Shown: positions 58,657 to 64,000 of the stretch, one piece after another
Layout of the letters: each line of letters begins with the position of its first letter
How positions within the stretch are numbered: the first letter of the stretch is position 1
Assembly (NCBI RefSeq): GCF_963921235.1
Contig: NC_086097.1
Location: 11,284,001-11,348,000 of the forward strand
Length of the DNA stretch: 64,000 nt
Direction of reading: 5' to 3'
Source: Mobula hypostoma
Taxonomy: Eukaryota
Made by a program: the position numbers and the translations under genes
The notes under the pieces: model-generated
Seen by the model: the letters and a program-made list of their open reading frames with translations, nothing else
Databases searched by the model: none
Told to the model about the DNA's origin: nothing

Positions 58657-58776
58657 CTTCTGAATCAGCTGAGCTGCTGCCATCCAGCCTCTTGTTCCAA
58701 TGTTCCTGCTGAAGGAAATTCTGAGGCAGAGTGCTGAGTCATAATATTTCATCATATCAAATAGTGCAGATGCCCC
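58657..58776 (-). CDS. PPP1R37: PPP1R37-family LRR protein, first exon in window (120 bp): GASALFDMMKYYDSALCLRISFSRNIGTRGWMAAAQLIQK
   Basis: Hand translation; tttcag acceptor and AAG|gtagca donor, phase 0/0. Closely resembles the PPP1R37 segment GASALFDMIEYYESATHLNISFNKHIGTRGW as I recall it. Confidence 0.9.
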
Positions 58777-59434
58777 CTGAAATCACAAGAGTCACAGTAA
58801 TCAGAGACTTAAACTGCCAAATGTCTTTCATCTGCTAAACCACACTTTTCTTTGGGAGAACGGAAATTTGAATGTTACATTTCACTGTGGTAAGGGATGT
58901 AGAGACATGACCCAATAGCACTGACCTCTTCTGACCTGTTCCAAGTTAGCATATTTCAATCAATGCAAATGGAAAGCTGGAGGTTTAAATCTGGGGCAAA
59001 CTGCTCTCGACTGGCTGGAAGAAACTGGAGTAAAACACACAATGCTGGAGGATCTCAGCAAGTCAGGCAGCATCCATGGAAATAACAAACAGTTGAAATT
59101 TCAGACCAAGACTCTTCTTTAGGATCAGAAAGGAAGGGAAATAGCTAGGAGATGGGTGAAGCCAGGTGGGTGGGAAAGGTAAAGGACCAGGGAGGAAGGA
59201 AACAGACAGAAGAGGAGAGTGAATCAAAGGTGAAAGGGAGGGAGGAGAGGACTCTGGGGTGGTGACAGGCTAGTGTGAAGATATAAGAGGCCAGAGTGAG
59301 GAATAGTTAAGAGTCCCTAGGTTATTTACTCTTTCTCAGAACACATCCTTAGAATGGACAACTAAACCATCTGCTCAAAGCTGACAATGTCTTCCTTTGA
59401 AAATGTTACTGAAGGTCCTCAGCCTCAACAATTA

Positions 59435-61180
59435 ACATAGAACACAGCCCCCTTTTTTTTTATCCTACTCCAAGATCAATCTAACACTTCTCCCCTTCAC
59501 AGCCTACCATCTTTCAACCATCCACATGCTTATCTACAAGTCTCTTCAATGTCCCTACTGCATCTGCCTCTATGACCATCCTTGGCAGTGTGTTCCTCGC
59601 ACATACCACAATCTATGTAAAAACCCCTCCCTCTGGCATCTCCCCTACAATTTCCTCCAATCACCTCTCGTACTAGCTACTGCCACCCTGGGACAAAAGG
59701 TTCTGGCTGTTCACTGCATCTATGCCTCTTATCATCTTATACTTCTCTATCAGATCACATCTCAGCCTCCTTCACTCTGAAGAGAAAAGCACTAGTTTGT
59801 TCAGTCTTTCCTCATAAAACATGTTCACTAGTCCAGGTAGAATCCGCTAGGCCTCCTCTGCACTCTCTCTGAAGACTTCACATCCTTCCGACAATGAGGC
59901 GACCAGTACTGAACACAATACTTCAAGTGTAGTGTAACCAGATTTTTATAGAGCTTCAACATTATTTATTGGCTCTTGAACACAATCTCCCAACTAATGA
60001 AGGCCAACACACAATACGCATTCATAACCACCCTATCAACTTGTGTTGCAACTTTGAGGGCTCTATCAATCACATCTATGGATGTGAACCCCAAGATCTC
60101 TGTTCCTCCACAATGAACAGCCCTGCCATTAACTGTGAGTTCAGCCTTCAAGTTCAACCTTCCAAAGTGAAGTGCTTCATATTTTTCTAGATTGAACTCC
60201 ATCAGCCACTTCTCCCCCCAGCTATGCATCCCATCCACATCCTGCCCATACCCTGCTGTAACACTTGTGGTAGCCAAGTCTCTGTAATGGCCTCAATGTC
60301 ATTGTTCCGTATACTGATTCATGCTCTAAATTAATCATCCTTGTTCCTGATATTTCTTGTATTAAACATATTTCAATCCATGTAACTGACTGCATTTGTG
60401 CCCTTTCCATAGCCTGTCCTGTACAGTTTACACATTGCAACTACCTTTACACTAACTGTTCCATCCTCTGACCTAACACTCTGGGTCCCATCCTCTGCCA
60501 ACCTGGGTTAATCCCTCCCCAACAGCTCCAGCAAGCCTATCTTCAAGGTTATTGTTCCTGAGAGTAGGTATGACCCATCCCTACTGTACAGGTTATACCT
60601 TTCCCAGAAGAGATCCCAATGATCCAGAAAGCTGAAACCCTGCTCACTGAACCAGTTCTTCAGCCACATATTCAATCTGCCAAATCATCCTATTCTTACC
60701 CTCACTAGAGTGTGGCACAGGCTGCAACCCAGAGATGCTTCTTTTCAGCTTCCTTCCTAGCTCCCTATATTTACTCTTCAGAACTTCATCCCTCTTGTTG
60801 TTGTTACCATCATGACTTCTGGCTGCTCTCCCTCCCCTTTAAGAGTGCTGTGAACCCAGTATGAGACATCCTGATTCTGGCACCGGAGGGCTAACATATC
60901 ATCCAGGAGTCTCTTTCACATCCACAGATTCTCCTGTCAGTTCCCTACTACATCTGCTCTCCTGTTCACCCCAATTCCCCTCTGAGCCACAGAGCCATAC
61001 TCAGTGCCAGAGAACCGGTTGCTGCAGCTTTTCCTGACAGGCCATTTCCCCCCACCCCCAACGGTATCCAAAAATGGTAAATTTATTATTGAGGGGCTTG
61101 TTTGTTCCCTTTCCCTCTCCTGACGCTCACCCAGATACCTGCCTCCTGCAACTTAGGTGTTATTGTCTCCCAGTAGCTCC
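59435..61180 (-). mobile_element. Decayed, internally deleted CR1 LINE pieces
   Basis: ORF 59966..60277 W..KWLMEFN..K.E.LHFGR...VDRVV..AY..LAFI. An ORF1-like remnant (GFSFLDHWDLFWE..NLY..DG) lies at ~60570-60640. Confidence 0.7.
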
Positions 61181-61234
61181 TAACAACTTCTATTCAATTA
61201 TCTATAGGTCATTCACTTCTACTTCCCCTGCACA

Positions 61235-62625
61235 AGATTCAAGATTCAAAATTTTTTTATGCAATTCCAGTAGACAAAGTGTAAAGAAGAATTGCTACTC
61301 TGTCTCTGATGCAGCACAATAAATCACAATAAGTTAAAGGATATGATAATAATAAAAACACAATAAATACATACGAGGGGTGATTGATAAGTTCGTGGCC
61401 TAAGGTAGAAGGAGTCAATTTTAGAAAACCTAGCACATTTATTTTTCCTACATTTACACACTTAGTCCAGCGGTCGTGGAGCATACGGATCCCTTCTTTG
61501 TAGAAGTCGGCGTCTTGGACCTCCAGAAAATGGTCCACAGCAGGGGTGATTTATAAGTTCGTGGCCTAAGGTAGAAGGAGAAGAGGAGAAACTTCAAACT
61601 TTCTGCATTTTCACTCAAAGAGTTGAACTGCACGTGCATGTAACGAGAGCTGTATAACTCATCTCCTTCTACCTTAGGCCACAAACTTATCATCACCCCG
61701 CTGTGGACCACCTGAAGGTCCAAGACGCTCTCGTTACATACAGATGCAGTTCAGCTCTTTGAGTGACAATGCAGAAAGTTTGAAGTTAATAACTCATTTC
61801 CTTCTACCTCAGGCCACGCACTTATCAATCACTCCTGCTGTGGACCACTTCTACAACGAAGGTATCCGTATGCTCCACGACCACTGGACTAAGTGTGTAC
61901 ATGTAGGAGGGGACTATGTTGAAAAATAAATGTGCTCGGTTTTCTAGAATTGACTCCTTCTACCTTAGGCCATGAACTTATCAATCACCCCTCGTAAGAT
62001 AGCTTATATACATACATCGATTGATTGAATGTGCATGAAGTGACTCTAGGCACAGGAATGTCTGTACACAATGTGACTCTGACAGGAAGTGATAAAGTAG
62101 TGATGGTGGGTTAGTGAGTGGAGTTGTTGATCAGCCTTACTGCCTGAGGAAAGTAACCGTTTTTGAGTCTGGTGGTCCTGGCATGAATGCTGTGTAGCCT
62201 TCTCTCTGATGGGGGTCCATGAGCAGAGTGGATGGGATCATTCATGATGTTACTGGCCCTTTTCTGACACCTTTCTGTATATATGTCCTTGATGGCGGGT
62301 CGGCTGATGCTGGTGATGTACTGTCCGTTGCAGTAGTTTCCATACCATGCAGTGATGCACCTTGTTAGGATGCTCTCTACTGTGAAGCTGTAGAACGAGA
62401 TGAGTATAGGTGTACAGAGTCCAACTCTCTTCAGCTTCCTCAAAAAGTAGAGGTTTTGGTGAGCTTTCCTGAATGTGTTCTGGGACCATGAGATGTTGTG
62501 CAAGATGTGCACCCCCAGGAGTTTGAAACTGCTTGCAGATTTCACTGCTGTGCAGCCAGCGTGTGAGCGGTGTGAGCTCTCCTGAAGTCAATAATCTTCT
62601 GCTTTGTCTTGTTGACATTGAGGAA
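61235..62625 (-). mobile_element. Rex1/Babar LINE 3' part hosting the mariner derivative
   Basis: ORF 62111..62545 SFKLLGVHI...LYFLRKLK...FY..TVESILT.CIT.WYG...RTTRLKN.YFPQAVRL; (tcttgaa)n tail at ~61235-61250. Confidence 0.85.
61374..61994. mobile_element. Fold-back non-autonomous mariner derivative, TA TSD
   Basis: TA-CGAGGGGTGATTGATAAGTTC ... GAACTTATCAATCACCCCTCG-TA. Both arms encode the transposase C-terminus (ORFs 61257..61538 minus and 61744..61929 plus: FY.EGIRMLHD.WTKCV.VGGDYVEK). Confidence 0.92.
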
Positions 62626-63364
62626 GAGGATATTAAGAAGAACCTAGTCTGTAATGAGCTGCAACCAGATGCATTTCTACAGATGCAGTCAGCAGGGACA
62701 CTGGAGGTCTCCTTGACTTCTTATTTTGTACAGGAGGAGCACACCACTGCCCAGCGATCCATTCCCGCTGCTCGACTATGCAACAATAAAGAAAAGGAAA
62801 TGACAGAAACCTTGACCTAGTCTCTGGCTTTTCTTGCAGAAGCCTCTTGAGAGATACCCTCAGGTCCTCACTCTAACCTTTCCGCTCACACTCTTTCTGC
62901 TCCCTCCTTTGCAATGAGCTGGCAAGTCGCCATGAGTAATCCTCTAGGCAAAGGTCAGTTAGGACCTACCTGGTTCTGACAAGATGAATCTTTATGCTTT
63001 TTTGCAACAATGGTTCCATGAGTCACATTAGAACGATTGTGGTACTTTTATCCAATCCAGTCTCTCTGGCATTCCCTTCTGAGGAATGTGTAGAGGAAAG
63101 TGGAATTTGTATAGACAAGTAAGATGATCAGTACAGACGTAATGGACAGAAGGATCAGTTTCTCTGCTGTATAAATCTTATGACCCTATGGTAAACCTGC
63201 TGGTCTTTAAGTGTAGCTTCATTCGGTTTGAGTAGACAGAATAGCTTTGTAATAATATTTGGTGATGGAAGATGAACAAAATTAATCAAGAATGTTACCC
63301 AAGATATCTTGATTTTCCTTGTGTGAAATTTTCGGATTATTGTTCTCTGCAGCTGTTTCACTGA

Positions 63365-63552
63365 TGCTATACTGCATTACACCCATATTACCAATTAACC
63401 TACAATCTTTGGAATATGGGGGGAAACCAGTGCACCCAGAGGAAACCCACAGGGTCATGGGGAAAATACTAAAGCACTTTACAAACAATGGTGGGAATTG
63501 GACCTGGATCACTGGCACTGTAATAACATTACACTAAACACAATGCTACTAT
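63365..63552 (-). mobile_element. V-SINE-type SINE
   Basis: Reverse-complement core ggaaaccagtgcacccagaggaaacccaca. Confidence 0.65.
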
Positions 63553-63879
63553 GTCGTTTGTACGGTACCAAAGTTTATAGATTTTGTAAGATCACACAGT
63601 TTGTGGATTTCAAGACACGTCCTCAAAGGAAGCTGCTCAGTGAGATGCTGCATTTCAAACAAGCTTTTGATATGTCCCAGAGAGTGGAGACAGTGATCGA
63701 ACAAACACAAGATTTACAGTGAAGGCCCAGAGTGTTAATAAGATAGGCTCAAGTCATGCTGGTCTGTGGGAAAGAGACGAGACACATGTAGGGGAAATAT
63801 TATCATGTCTACTGAATGCAGGCGCAAGGGGTCAGTTGTACCAAGGGCTTTTATCAACAGAAAAGCAAGACCATGACAA

Positions 63880-64000
63880 ACCCGGCGGGAGGAGAAGAGA
63901 AGCAGCGCGCCACGCGTGCGCAGCCCTCAGATGAAAAATGATATTGTAACTGTTAAATAGGGGCCGTGGACAATTTTGATTTGATGAAGATGGACGTGAA
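63880..64000 (+). mobile_element. 5' part of the same unclassified repeat family as 23650-24265, cut by the window edge
   Basis: aaataggggccgtgga...tgatttgatgaagatggacgtga matches the reverse complement of 24220-24263. Confidence 0.6.

Noticed and set aside
62969..63080. Possible upstream exon with cag acceptor and gtagg donor
   Set aside because: Stops in all three frames.

Overview
Vertebrate genomic DNA dense in transposons. The repeat set (CR1, Rex1/Babar and RTE LINEs, Penelope elements, V-SINE/HE1-type SINEs) points to a cartilaginous fish, probably a ray; this is an inference. The only host gene I can support is on the minus strand: five coding exons (58776-58657, 54418-54268, 51465-51310, 44188-44076, 5124-4983) with GT-AG boundaries and matching phases. 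They splice into a 227-aa open leucine-rich-repeat segment of a PPP1R37 (LRRC68)-family protein, and both ends of the gene lie outside the window. One intron is 38,951 bp. Almost all ORFs in the track are transposon remnants or noise. The most notable observations are: (1) two classes of self-cleaving ribozyme motif, namely minimal hammerheads in many Penelope-derived repeats and two HDV-like pseudoknots at the 5' ends of short RTE-type elements, with every copy on the host sense strand carrying a core-disabling change; (2) a ~430-bp diverged inverted duplication with a filled and an empty insertion site; (3) a perfect 26-bp-stem hairpin of pre-miRNA size; (4) fold-back mariner and Penelope derivatives; (5) solo LTRs with target-site duplications. 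Boundaries of decayed repeats are approximate.
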